Shown: positions 11,487 through 21,047, counted from the first letter of the stretch. The stretch: DNA of 32,000 nt from Deinococcus radiodurans R1 = ATCC 13939 = DSM 20539 (GCF_000008565.1 NC_001263.1:2473347-2505346); one strand, 5' to 3'. Notes: generated by a model not told the origin, from the letters alone. Translations and numbers: made by a program.

Positions 11487-13034
11487 GTGAAGTCTTCCCG
11501 CCTGACCGGCTGGCTGCTGGCACTGCCCGCGCTCGTGTTTACGGCGCTGCTGCTTGCACTCCCGCTGGGGCGCACGCTGGCCGAGGGCGGCGTGAATCTG
11601 GGGGTGTGGCGCGACCCGTATTTTCTGGAACGGCTGGGCTGGACGCTGACGCAGGCGGCGGGCACGGCGGGGCTGGCACTGCTGGTGGGGGCACCGCTCG
11701 CCTACCTGCTCTCGCGCTATGAAGTGCCGGGGAAAGGGGCCTTTTTGCGGCTGCTGCTGCTCCCCTTCGTGACGCCGACGCTGGTCGCGGTGCTGGGGCT
11801 CACGGCGCTGGCGGGGCCGCACGGGTGGCTGACGCGGTTGACGGGCCTGGACCTCAGCGAGACGCCCGCGCTGCTCATCTGGGGCAACCTCTTTTTCAAC
11901 CTGCCGGTGATGATTCGCCTCGCCTACGGGGGCTTTGCGCGGGTGCCGACCAACCTGATCGGCGCGGCGCGCACGCTGGGAGCGTCGGGGGCGCGGGCGG
12001 CGTGGGACGTGGCGCTGCCGCTCGCGCTGCCGGGGCTGGCGGCGGGCGCGGTGCTGGTCTTTCTGTACTCGGCGCTGAGTTTCGGGCTGCCGCTCGCGCT
12101 TGGCGGCGAACGCTACGCCACGCTGGAAGTCGAGATTTATACCCTGACCGCGCTGCAACTGCGGCTCCCCGAAGCGAGTGCGCTGATCGTGGGACAACTT
12201 GCGCTCACGCTGGTGGCGACCTGGCTCTACACCCGGCTCACGCGGGGCGGCGCGGGCGTGGCGACGGGCGGCCTGCCGAGGGCGCGTGGGGGGGCGCTGG
12301 CAGGCATCACGCTGCTCGGCGGGCTCACGCTGCTGGTGTGCTTTGCGCCGCTGCTGGCAGTGGTCGTGCGCGGGCTGGTCGGGTCGGCGGGTCCGACGCT
12401 GCTCTACTGGCGGGGCGTGGTGAATGACGAGCAGACGCCGCTGCTGCTCGGCAACACGCTGCGGTTCGGGGCGCTCGCCCTGCTGGGGGCCACCGCGCTC
12501 GGCGGGCTGTACGCGCTGGGGGCGTGGCTGGCGCGCTCGCGGGTGCTCGACCTGATTTCGCTGCTGCCGCTGATGGTCTCGCCGGTTTCGCTCGCGGTGG
12601 GCTACCTGCTCGCCTACCCGGTGCTGGCCGCCACGCTGCCGATGCTGATCGCGGCCTACACCCTGCTCGCGCTGCCGCTGCTGGTGCGCTCGCTGCTGCC
12701 GGCGCTGCGGGCCATTCCACCCCGGCTGTTCGAAGCGGCGCGGACGCTGGGGGCCTCTCCCCTGGCGGCGCACCGCACGGTCACGCTGCCGCTGACTTTG
12801 CCGGCCCTGCGCGGCGGTGCGGCGCTGGCGCTGGCAACGGTGCTCGGCGAGTTCGGCGCAACCCTCGTCCTGACCCGCCCGGAATGGGCCACCCTTTCCA
12901 CCGGCCTGTATGAACGCCTGGGCCGCCCCGGCGAGCGCAACCTCGGCGAAGCGTGCGCGCTGGCGACGGTGCTGCTGCTGCTCTCGGCCACCGCGTTCAC
13001 GGTGCTCGACGGGGGCGAGGGCGAAGTCACTTGA
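11487..13034 (+). CDS. Two-domain ABC transporter permease (Fe3+/thiamine-type, FbpB/ThiP-like).
   Basis: The protein is 515 aa and hydrophobic throughout. It carries two EAA-loop motifs ([22 protein letters not shown] and [22 protein letters not shown]). The start is GTG. No ATPase or binding-protein gene is adjacent. Confidence 0.85.
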   Translation: MKSSRLTGWLLALPALVFTALLLALPLGRTLAEGGVNLGVWRDPYFLERLGWTLTQAAGTAGLALLVGAPLAYLLSRYEVPGKGAFLRLLLLPFVTPTLVAVLGLTALAGPHGWLTRLTGLDLSETPALLIWGNLFFNLPVMIRLAYGGFARVPTNLIGAARTLGASGARAAWDVALPLALPGLAAGAVLVFLYSALSFGLPLALGGERYATLEVEIYTLTALQLRLPEASALIVGQLALTLVATWLYTRLTRGGAGVATGGLPRARGGALAGITLLGGLTLLVCFAPLLAVVVRGLVGSAGPTLLYWRGVVNDEQTPLLLGNTLRFGALALLGATALGGLYALGAWLARSRVLDLISLLPLMVSPVSLAVGYLLAYPVLAATLPMLIAAYTLLALPLLVRSLLPALRAIPPRLFEAARTLGASPLAAHRTVTLPLTLPALRGGAALALATVLGEFGATLVLTRPEWATLSTGLYERLGRPGERNLGEACALATVLLLLSATAFTVLDGGEGEVT

Positions 13035-13105
13035 AACAGCCTGCTCCCCCACACCGGGACACCTGAAACAAGACAGGCATCAGTCTCAGCGGGCATACTC
13101 GCCGA

Positions 13106-14883
13106 ATGCGCTTTTTTGCCGCCCCCTCCCTCACTTCTCCGCGCCGCCTGCGGCCCCTCTTGACGGCGCTGCTGCTGACTGCCGCGCCCGCCGCCTGGGG
13201 CGCGCTGCCGGGCGGCTCGGCGCAGGCCGCGCAGTATGTCGGTTCGGTACAGCTCACCCTCAACGTGGACCAGACCCTCGGCGAGGCCAACGGGCAGCCG
13301 GTCACGTTGCCGCTGCCGCCGCGCAACGTGGGCGGGCGGCTGATGGTGCCGCTGCGCGAGACCGCCGACGCTCTGGCGCAGCCCGTCACCCTGGTGGGCG
13401 GGCAACTGCAAATCGGGCAACTGATGGTCAACCCGGCGGTGGGGCAGGCGTGGCTGTCGGGAGCAGCGCAGGAAGCGGGCAACGTGGCCGTGGTCGGGGG
13501 CGCGGTGTACGTCAGCGCCCGGCTACTCGCCGACGGGCTGGGCGCCAACTTCACGGCGGACGGAGCGGGGCGCTCGGTGACCATCACCCGCTGCGCTCGG
13601 GCGGCAACCCGCTGGCGCCGCAAGCCCGCTTTTCCACCGACAAGGTGGTGTACGCGCCCGGCGAGCGGGTCATCTACACCGAGTACCCCTTCGACCCCGA
13701 CGGCGCCAACATCACGGCGCGGCGCTGGAGCGGCAAGCAGGACGTGTTTTTTCAGCCCGGCACCTACGCCGTCTCCCTTCAGGTGACCAACTCACGGGGC
13801 GTGCAGAGTGAGCCTTTTACCCGGACCATTCGCGTGCAGGGGGCCGCTGTGGACACCCCGCTGGGCTACGCGCTCAAGTACTCCGAACTCGGCGACGCCA
13901 TCAGCGACCCGCAGGTGCTGAGTTACCCCACCGTCGTGGCGCAGCCGGCGGAGCGCGAGAATTTTCCGCTGCTGTTCAGCGACAGCCCCGAAGCCCCGTC
14001 CCAGAGCGGAGTGCTGTACCAGGACACGGTGGCGGGGCGGGCGCGGCTGCTCGCGTATCACCTCAACGCCCTGGGCAAACCGGCGCGGCTGTACGTGATG
14101 GCGCGCAATGTCGAGGCGCGTCCGGTGCAGGTCCGCACCGAGCGGCAGGGCGAGACGGCGCCCACCCGTGTGGAAGGGCAGCTCGGGCAGGTCACGCTGC
14201 TCGACTATTTTGCCAGCACCGCCGACCACACGCTGACGCTCGCGCCCGGCGAGTTCGCCGCCGTGTACGCCAGCCCCACCCTCAGCGCGGGCAGCGGGGT
14301 CAACGTGCTGCAAGACCTGACGACCACGGGCCGGGTCGAACTCACCTTCCTGATGCTGGAAGACGGCCTGCCGCCCACCCTGCAAGTCTTGCAGCAGTTG
14401 CCTTACCTGCCCGCCGACGGGCGGCACCAGCGCGGCACCTTTCCCGAAGCGGTGCGGGCGCTGCGGGTGAACCTGACGCGGCTGCCCGCCCGGCTGGTCA
14501 TCGGCGACGGACTGGTGGACCCGGCGATTACTGGCGTAGACCGCCTGACCGGGCAACCGATGCGGCTTTCGGGCAACTACGGCGTGCTGTACGACCTCGA
14601 AATCAACGGCACCGCCGGCACCGCCGTGGCGCTCAGCCCGCGCGGGGGCCTGTACCGGGGCGCCATGAACATTCAGGACGGCACGGTCAACCAGACCATC
14701 AAACTGCCGCGCACCGGCAACGCGATTGCCCCCAACCAGCCGGTGCTGCTGTGGCGCCCGGCAACCAACCGCCTGAACATCGACTTCGTGCCGGCGAGTG
14801 GCAGCAGCCTGCCGGTCAGCCTCGTCTTCTACCCCGCCCGCCTGCCGGGGCTCGACGGCGCGGTGAAGACGTACCAGCCCTAG
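13106..14883 (+). pseudogene. Secreted protein with a signal peptide, a copper-amine-oxidase-N-like stalk domain, a PKD-like domain and a ~430-aa unknown C-terminal domain. The frame is broken once, near 13586-13591.
   Basis: Frame 2 (13106-) gives the signal peptide and VGGRLMVPLRETADALAQPV, then ...GRSVTIT. The sequence continues sensibly only in frame 1: PLRSGGNPLAPQARFSTDKVVYAPGERVIYTEYPFDPDGANITARRWSG...YAVSLQVTNSRG (PKD-like), running to the stop at 14881-14883. The part of ORF 12910-14883 upstream of ~13588 is non-coding overlap. Confidence 0.75.
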
Positions 14884-14981
14884 AGCATTGGAAAAAGACC
14901 CCCTCACCCCTTGCTTCGCAAGGCCCTCTCCCACCAGTGTAGAGGGTCAAAAACGCGAGGCATTCTTATGTCAAAGGCTCT
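14881..14981. repeat. MITE-like small non-coding repeat, uninterrupted copy (family A).
   Basis: The termini are TAGAGCATTGG... and ...TGTCAAAGGCTCT. The core GACCCCCTCACCCCTTGCTTCGCAAGGCCCTCTCCCACCAGTGTAGAGGGTCAAAAACGC is shared, as reverse complement, with 18342-18456 and 31159-31241. It contains the perfect hairpin CCTTGC-TTC-GCAAGG. Confidence 0.85.
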
Positions 14982-15002
14982 GGAGGAGCACCTTCAAGGA
15001 AG

Positions 15003-15039
15003 GCAGAGGCCGGGAGCAAATCATCTTCCCGGCCTCTGC
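15003..15039. terminator. Strong hairpin between convergent genes, a likely bidirectional terminator.
   Basis: GCAGAGGCCGGGA (15003-15015) pairs with TCCCGGCCTCTGC (15027-15039), a perfect 13-bp stem with an 11-nt loop. Confidence 0.65.
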
Positions 15040-15057
15040 TCTGTTCCCTGCTACTCC

Positions 15058-15783
15058 CTACCCGTCGCCACGCACGCCCAGTTCTTCGCCGTGGTCGCGC
15101 AGCCAGCGGTGCCAGCGGGCGTGGTCCGGCATCACGCGGGCGACGTGCGCCCAGTAGCGCGGCGAGTGATTGAGTTCGAGCAGGTGCGCCGCCTCGTGCA
15201 GCGCCACGTAGTGCAGCACTTCCAGCGGCGCCCGGCTGAGCAGCCAGTGCAGCCGGACATCGCCCGCCGCCGTGCAACTGCCCCAGCGCGAGCGGGTGGC
15301 ACTCACCCGGACGCAGCGTAGGCGATCACGGGCGCCGAGCCGCGCGGCATAGTCCTCGACCAAAGCCGTGTAGGTCGACAAGACGGCGCGGCGGGTCCAG
15401 CGTTCGACCTCGGCGGCGAGGTTTTCCGCTGGCACAAGCAGTTCGTCGCCCACGCGCCGGGCCTGCGTCACCGGGGCGGCGCACAAGGTCAGACTTTCGC
15501 CCAGAAAGGCCAGCGGCGAGCCGTCGCTCAGCGCAGGCGGAGCCGGGCGGCGGCGCTGCTCGCCCAGGTGTTGCCGCAGCCAGCCCTGTTTGGCCTCCAC
15601 GAAGGCGCGGATGGTCGCGTCGGGCAGCCCCGCCGGCGCGTAGGCCGTAATCACGCCGCCGCGCACTTGCAGCGCCAGCGTGCGGCGGCGGGCACTGCGG
15701 CGCACCTGCACGTCGAGGCCCGCCACCTGCCAGTGTGTCTCCGGAGCAGAGCGGGTCATGCCCACCGCACAGTGAGGCGTCAT
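15058..15783 (-). CDS. YgjP-like (DUF45) M48-family zinc metallopeptidase.
   Basis: The HExxH motif appears in HEAAHLLELNHS, followed by RYW. The family-typical length (~240 aa) and the WGSC motif are present. GAGGGA lies just upstream of ATG 15783. Confidence 0.8.
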   Translation of the reverse strand: MTPHCAVGMTRSAPETHWQVAGLDVQVRRSARRRTLALQVRGGVITAYAPAGLPDATIRAFVEAKQGWLRQHLGEQRRRPAPPALSDGSPLAFLGESLTLCAAPVTQARRVGDELLVPAENLAAEVERWTRRAVLSTYTALVEDYAARLGARDRLRCVRVSATRSRWGSCTAAGDVRLHWLLSRAPLEVLHYVALHEAAHLLELNHSPRYWAHVARVMPDHARWHRWLRDHGEELGVRGDG

Positions 15784-15820
15784 CTTTCCCTCAAACAGAG
15801 CACCCCCGAACAGGGGCGGG

Positions 15821-16135
15821 TCACAGCGCCTCCGGGCTGTCAGTCCATTCGGCCACCGGCACGAAGGTCACGCCCTCGCCGCTGACCGCTGTGACACGGT
15901 AGGCGCGGTCGAATTGCACCAGCAACTCGCCCCGGTCGAGCCAGCGCGGCGAGACGACCGGCTTGCGAAAGAAGAAATTGCCGTCGTCGTCGAGGGCGAT
16001 GTGGGCACTTTTGGTAAAGCGGAATTCTACCACCTCGCCGTGCCGCTCGGTCCGCACCCGCACGCGAAAGGCCTGGTCGTCGTCTTGCTGCACGAAAGGG
16101 TGGGCCGTTCGCCGGGGCCGCAGAAAACCGAACAT
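15821..16135 (-). CDS. Hypothetical protein (104 aa), probably co-transcribed with the M48 gene.
   Basis: The ORF has a balanced amino-acid composition and a GC-rich third codon position. The overlapping ORF 15840-16196 is Arg-rich junk. I recognise no family. Confidence 0.5.
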   Translation of the reverse strand: MFGFLRPRRTAHPFVQQDDDQAFRVRVRTERHGEVVEFRFTKSAHIALDDDGNFFFRKPVVSPRWLDRGELLVQFDRAYRVTAVSGEGVTFVPVAEWTDSPEAL

Positions 16136-16231
16136 GCCCTAGGCTAGAGCAGTCCTGAGCAAAAGTTGAGGGTGGGCGGCTCCCCTTGCGTGTCACGTCT
16201 CTGTGAGAAAGTTCTCCTTACACTGCTCCGG

Positions 16232-18153
16232 ATGTCTGGACTGCCCTTTTCCCCCACTCCCGCTGCGCCCGGCGACACCACGACGGCCTTCGGGATGCTG
16301 GGGCGGCAGTTGCAGTGGCGCCCGCTGCTGCTGGTGGGGCTGGTCATCGTGGGGCTGCTCGCCGTCACGTCCATTTCGCTCGAAACTGGCGACACCTGGG
16401 ACCGGCAGTTCGACCGTCCGCTCTACTTCGCGGTCCTGCTCGGCAGTCTGGTGATGGCGGTGCGGCTGTGGCAACCGGGGCAGACATTGGCGCGCGCGAG
16501 CTGGCAGCTTCTGCAAGCGGTGACCGGCTGGCTGCTGCTCAAATTTGCCTTGCTGCTGCTGTTCGCTGCGCCGGGGATACTCGCCCGCGAACTGGTCGAG
16601 TCGCTGCTGTGGCTGCCCACCCTGCTCAACTGGGGGCTGATCAGCAGCTTCAACCTGGGCCGGGTGGCGCTGGGGCGGCGCATCACGCTGAGCTTTCTGG
16701 CCCTGAGTGCGCTGCTGTCGGGGGCGTGGCTGCTGCGCTGGGGCTGGGAGCCGCAGGTGATTCAGGTGCTGCTGCAACTGCTGCTCTCCTCGGCCACCGG
16801 GTACGTGTACATGTCGTATTTCATTCAGCGGGTGCAGCAATCGCGCTTCAGCGAGGGCGAGCACGAGACGCTGGCGCGGCTGGCCTACACCGACCTGCTG
16901 ACGGGCCTGCCCAACCGCCTGCGGCTGCAAGAAGAACTGGAGCGGCGCACAGCGGCAGATGAAGCGTTCGCGGTGCTCATCATTGACCTCGACTCGTTCA
17001 AGGTCGTCAACGACACGCTCGGCCACAATGCCGGCGACACGCTGCTCTGCGCGGTGACCGAGGTGCTGCGGGCCTCGCCCGACACCCAGGCAGCCTTCCG
17101 ACTGAATGGCGACGAATTCGTGGTGCTGCTGTCCGGCGTCAGCGGCCCCGAGGCGGTGGCAGTGGGGCAGTCGGTGCAGACCCGCGCGCTGCGCCACCCC
17201 CTGATGCAGCGCGAGGTCGCCAGCACCCTGAGCATCGGCGTGAGTCTTTACCCCGAGGACGCGAGCAGCGCCAGCGAGGTGTTGCGGCACGCCGACAGCG
17301 CCATGTCCGCCGTCAAGCGCAGCGGGCGCGGTCAGGTGCGGCGCTACCAGTCGGAATACGACGCGCAGACCGAGCGTTTTCAACTGTGGCGCGTGAGCTG
17401 GCGCAGGCGTTCTACGACGGCCAGGGCTTTTCGCTGGCTTATCAACCGATCTACGACCTGGCGAGCGGCGTACCGGTCAAGGTCGAGGCGTTGCTGCGCT
17501 GGCGCCACCCCCAGCTCGGCCAGATTTCACCCGCCGAATTTATCCCGATAGCCCAGCGCACCGGGCAAATCGCGCAAATCGGCCTGTGAGTGCTCGACGA
17601 AGCCTGCCGCGCGGCGCAGGCGTGGCCGCAACTGCGCCTGAGCGTCAATGTCAGCGCCGTGCAGCTCAGCCGCCCCGAGTTCGCCGCGCAATTGTTCGGC
17701 GTGCTCGACAGCACCGGCATGACCACGCAGCGCCTGGAGCTCGAACTCACCGAAACCGCCCTGCTGCACGAAAACGAACAGGTGCAGCTCAACATCGAGC
17801 AGCTCTACCGGCGCGGCATCGGCATCACCATCGACGATTTCGGGGCCGGGTATTCCAACCTGTCCCGGTTGCGGGCGCCCTGGGTGCGCGGCGTCAAGCT
17901 CGACCGCTCGCTGACCAGTGACCTGCCCGAACCCTCCGGCGAGTTCTCGCGTCAGCTCACGCGCAACGCTGTCAATCTGGCGCAGTATCAGCACACCGTG
18001 ATTACCGCCGAGGGCCTGGAATCTGCCGCCCACGTCGAGGCCGCCCGCCAACTCGGCTGCCCGCTCGGGCAGGGCTACGCGCTCTCCTACCCGCTCACCG
18101 CCGAGCAGCTCAGCGGCCTGCTCGCGGCGCAAGAGCAATTCGCTCTGGCGTAA
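16232..18153 (+). pseudogene. Membrane-anchored GGDEF-EAL (c-di-GMP turnover) protein. It is disrupted by one frameshift (~17386) and one in-frame TGA (17587-17589).
   Basis: The N-terminal region has multiple TM helices. The GGDEF domain has a degenerate site (RLNGDEFVVLL). The frame switches at ...TERFQL | (V)ARELAQAFYDGQGFSLAYQPIYD. EAL-domain motifs are present: VEALLRW, DDFGAGYSNL, KLDRS and QGY. The TGA sits exactly where EAL domains carry the Trp of G.WVL..AC (QIGL*VLDEAC). The start codon is uncertain (ATG 16232 or 16295). Confidence 0.85.
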
Positions 18154-18154
18154 T

Positions 18155-18456
18155 TAGAGCATTTGACATAAGACAATAGTCCGTGCAGTTTTGGAATTCA
18201 GCTAACCAAGCTGCGATAAACACGGCGTTTTTGTCCCTCCCTCCTTGCGGGGGAGGTTGGGATGGGGGAGCGCAAATGGCGTCCTAGACAGCAAGATCTT
18301 GATCGCCCTCTGTAACGACCACAAAACTGCACGAACCATTGATAAGAATGCCTTGCGTTTTTGACCCTCTACCTTGATGGGACTCGGAGAGCTGCACCGC
18401 AGAGAGGGCCTTGCGAAGCAAGGGGTGAGGGTGTCTTTTTCTTGTCAAATGCTCTA
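18155..18456. repeat. Composite repeat: a family-A MITE-like element (opposite orientation to the 14881 copy) interrupted by a nested element.
   Basis: The terminal inverted repeats are TAGAGCATTTGACA (18155-) and TGTCAAATGCTCTA (-18456). The segments 18155-18173 and 18342-18456 align with the reverse complement of 14881-14981. The core also has ~21 extra nt. Confidence 0.88.
18174..18341. mobile_element. 168-bp non-autonomous TIR element (family B) inserted into the family-A repeat, with a 6-bp target-site duplication.
   Basis: The left TIR is CAATAGTCCGTGCAGTTTTG (18174-18193). The right TIR, CAAAACTGCACGAACCATTG (18322-18341), reverse-complements to CAATGGTTCGTGCAGTTTTG, matching at 18 of 20 positions. 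ATAAGA flanks both ends (18168-18173 and 18342-18347). The uninterrupted copy reads GACATAAGAATGCC, with a single ATAAGA. Confidence 0.85.
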
Positions 18457-19566
18457 GGCGCGCCGCAGCAGCCCGGCGAGCAGCCGCACGTGGTCGGGCC
18501 AGCGGTCGAGTCGGATGTGCTCGTGCGCGGCGTGGGCTCCGTCGCCAGGCGCCCCCAGGCCGTCGAGGGTGGGCACCGTGGCGGCAGTGAAGTTGCCGTC
18601 GCTGCCGCCGCCGACGCTTTCGTGGCCGAGCGTGAAGCCGAGTTCACCCGCAATCTCCTGCGCCTGAGCAAACAGCCGCAGGGTGCCCTCGCCCTGCTCG
18701 AAGGGGGGCCGGTTCAGGCCGCCGCCGACTTCGCAGGTCACGCGGTCGTTGCTGGGGCGCCAGGCGCGCACGCCGCGCTCGATTCGCTCGGCTTCTTCCA
18801 GCGTTGAAACACGCACGTCCACCCCCAGGCGGCAGTGGTCGGGAATCACGTTCACGGCGCTCCCGCCCGAGATCAGGCCCACGCTGACGGTGGTGCCGAC
18901 TTCCGGGCGGGCGAGGGCTTGCAGCGCCAGCACCGCTTCGGCGGCGGCGGTGATGGCACTCGCGCCGAGTTCGGGGCGGTTGCCCGCGTGACTCGCCACG
19001 CCGTGCAGGGTCAGCACGTAGTCGCCGGTTCCCTTGCGCCCGGTCTTGAGGTTGTGGCTGTCGGACACCGGCGGCTCGGGCACCAGCACCGCCCGCGCGC
19101 CCTGCGCCGCCGCCTCAATGTGCTCGCGGCTGCCCGGGCTGCCGATTTCCTCGTCGGGCGAGAGCAGCACCCGCACGCCGCCCTGGGGCCACTCGCCGCC
19201 CAGCGAGCGCAGCGCGTGAAACAGGCCCACGACGCCGCCCTTCATGTCGTAGGTGCCGGGGCCGTAGAGCCGCTCGCCGTCTTCGCGCCAGGGCATGCGG
19301 CCCAGCGTGCCGTGCGGCCACACCGTGTCGGCGTGGGTGAGGACCAGCAGGTAAGGGCCGTCCGCTGGGCCGAAATGAAAGGAGCGGGTGCCGCCGGGCA
19401 GCGCGTGCGTCTCGGCGCCGAGGTCGCGCGCCCAGCCTTCGACCACGTCCATGACCCGCGCCACGGCGGCGGGGTCGCTCGACGGCGACTCGATATCCAC
19501 CAGCGTCCGCAGGTCGCGCAGCATGGTGGGAAGGTCGGGGAAAGCGTCAGCGGAGGGTCCGGTCAT
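18454..19566 (-). CDS. M20-family metallopeptidase (glutamate carboxypeptidase / deacylase-like).
   Basis: Motifs present are LTHADTV, GPGTYDMKGG and SPDEEIGS, plus a C-terminal GDGAHAAHE. The protein is 370 aa. The stop codon (18454-18456) is the terminal TAG of the repeat. Confidence 0.85.
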   Translation of the reverse strand: MTGPSADAFPDLPTMLRDLRTLVDIESPSSDPAAVARVMDVVEGWARDLGAETHALPGGTRSFHFGPADGPYLLVLTHADTVWPHGTLGRMPWREDGERLYGPGTYDMKGGVVGLFHALRSLGGEWPQGGVRVLLSPDEEIGSPGSREHIEAAAQGARAVLVPEPPVSDSHNLKTGRKGTGDYVLTLHGVASHAGNRPELGASAITAAAEAVLALQALARPEVGTTVSVGLISGGSAVNVIPDHCRLGVDVRVSTLEEAERIERGVRAWRPSNDRVTCEVGGGLNRPPFEQGEGTLRLFAQAQEIAGELGFTLGHESVGGGSDGNFTAATVPTLDGLGAPGDGAHAAHEHIRLDRWPDHVRLLAGLLRRA

Positions 19567-19618
19567 GGGGTCATGCTAAGCCGCGAACGCTGACGCGCGC
19601 CTTCGTGCCCGCGGCCAC

Positions 19619-19647
19619 CTTGCCCCGGCGCCGTCAGCGGGCTAGAC
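19619..19647 (+). promoter_or_regulatory. Candidate sigma-A promoter for rpoZ.
   Basis: TTGCCC (19619-19624), a 17-nt spacer, then TAGACT (19642-19647), about 100 nt upstream of the rpoZ ATG. This is pattern matching only. Confidence 0.35.
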
Positions 19648-19746
19648 TGACCTGTTGGCCCTCTGACCCGCTCGCGGCCAGGGGCCACGCGCCGGCGCCT
19701 CCGCGCTGGCCGCACTTCGAGTTTTCTTTCCCTCCGAGGGGTGGTT

Positions 19747-20046
19747 ATGGCAGAAAAAGATATCGACAAGCTCCTTTCCCTGACCGACAGCAAGTACCGC
19801 CTGTCGGTCGTGACCGCCAAGCGCGCCCTGCAACTGCGCAGCGGCGCCCCCAGCGTGCTCCCCGTCGAGCAGCGGGTCCGCACCCACAACCTGGTCACCC
19901 AGGCGATGCGCGAACTCGCCACCGGGCAGCTCACGGTGGGCACCAACCTGATCGACGAGCAGCGCTTCCACCAGGACTACGTGCGCCAGCGTCAGGCCCA
20001 GTTGCAGGCGCAGCTCAACGCCGAGCGCGAGCGCGAACGCGACTGA
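19747..20046 (+). CDS. rpoZ: DNA-directed RNA polymerase subunit omega.
   Basis: The translation MAEKDIDKLLSLTDSKYRLSVVTAKRALQL... is typical omega N-terminal sequence. The protein is 99 aa. GAGGGG lies upstream of ATG 19747. Confidence 0.88.
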   Translation: MAEKDIDKLLSLTDSKYRLSVVTAKRALQLRSGAPSVLPVEQRVRTHNLVTQAMRELATGQLTVGTNLIDEQRFHQDYVRQRQAQLQAQLNAERERERD

Positions 20047-20054
20047 GCAGCAGC

Positions 20055-20096
20055 AAAAAAGCGGCGTAGCGGGGCAACCCACACGCCGCTTTTTTA
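20055..20096. terminator. Bidirectional rho-independent terminator between rpoZ and hisA.
   Basis: The layout is AAAAAA-GCGGCGT (20061-20067), a loop, then ACGCCGC (20083-20089)-TTTTTT. An A-tract on one side and a T-tract on the other would serve both convergent genes. Confidence 0.8.
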
Positions 20097-20103
20097 TTGT
20101 CTT

Positions 20104-20820
<717 letters not shown>

Positions 20821-20908
20821 GGCGAGCAGAATAGGTCAGCGCGCCGCGCGGGCCCGGCAATTCGCCTGGATGGGGGTAAGGGCAGCGCCCTGCACGTGCA
20901 TTTGTCCC

Positions 20909-21037
20909 AGAGCATTTGACAAAAGGATCGTTTCCCCTTTTGTCCGGGCAAAGCGAGTGAATTTTAACGAGCAGGACGGAGAATGGAGTGGTGCGGGGTG
21001 CCGTTCCACGCACCACGGAATTCGGAGAACTGCTCTA
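20909..21037. repeat. Small non-coding repeat of a different family that shares the AGAGCATTTGACA / TGCTCTA termini.
   Basis: It starts AGAGCATTTGACAAAAGG and ends GAGAACTGCTCTA. An internal hairpin pairs GTGGTGCG with CGCACCAC. It lies in the hisA/murD divergent intergenic region. Confidence 0.6.
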
Positions 21038-21047
21038 TGGTAAGGCC

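Noticed and set aside
11420-11490. Possible TPP (THI-box) riboswitch upstream of the ThiP/FbpB-like permease. Elements seen were GGGGG...CTGAGG...ACCCC...CCTG..GCCGGACGCGGCG.
   Set aside because: Only fragments match. CUGAGA is mutated, no P3 hairpin is present, the conserved UAAU and the GCG-AGGGA pyrophosphate-sensor segment are missing, and the region is only ~65 nt. This is not supportable without a covariance-model search (Rfam TPP, cmsearch).
12910-13587. N-terminal 225 codons of the 657-aa ORF 12910-14883.
   Set aside because: This part overlaps the end of the permease gene and the real frame-2 start of the secreted protein. Its translation is Arg/Ala-rich nonsense. Only the part downstream of the frame break (~13588) is coding.
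17587-17589. The in-frame TGA in the EAL domain as a selenocysteine or programmed read-through codon, and the four frame breaks as programmed frameshift sites.
   Set aside because: The TGA replaces a structurally conserved Trp, one substitution away from TGG. No SECIS-like hairpin follows it. None of the frame breaks has a slippery heptamer or a downstream pseudoknot-like structure. All are simple homopolymer length differences.
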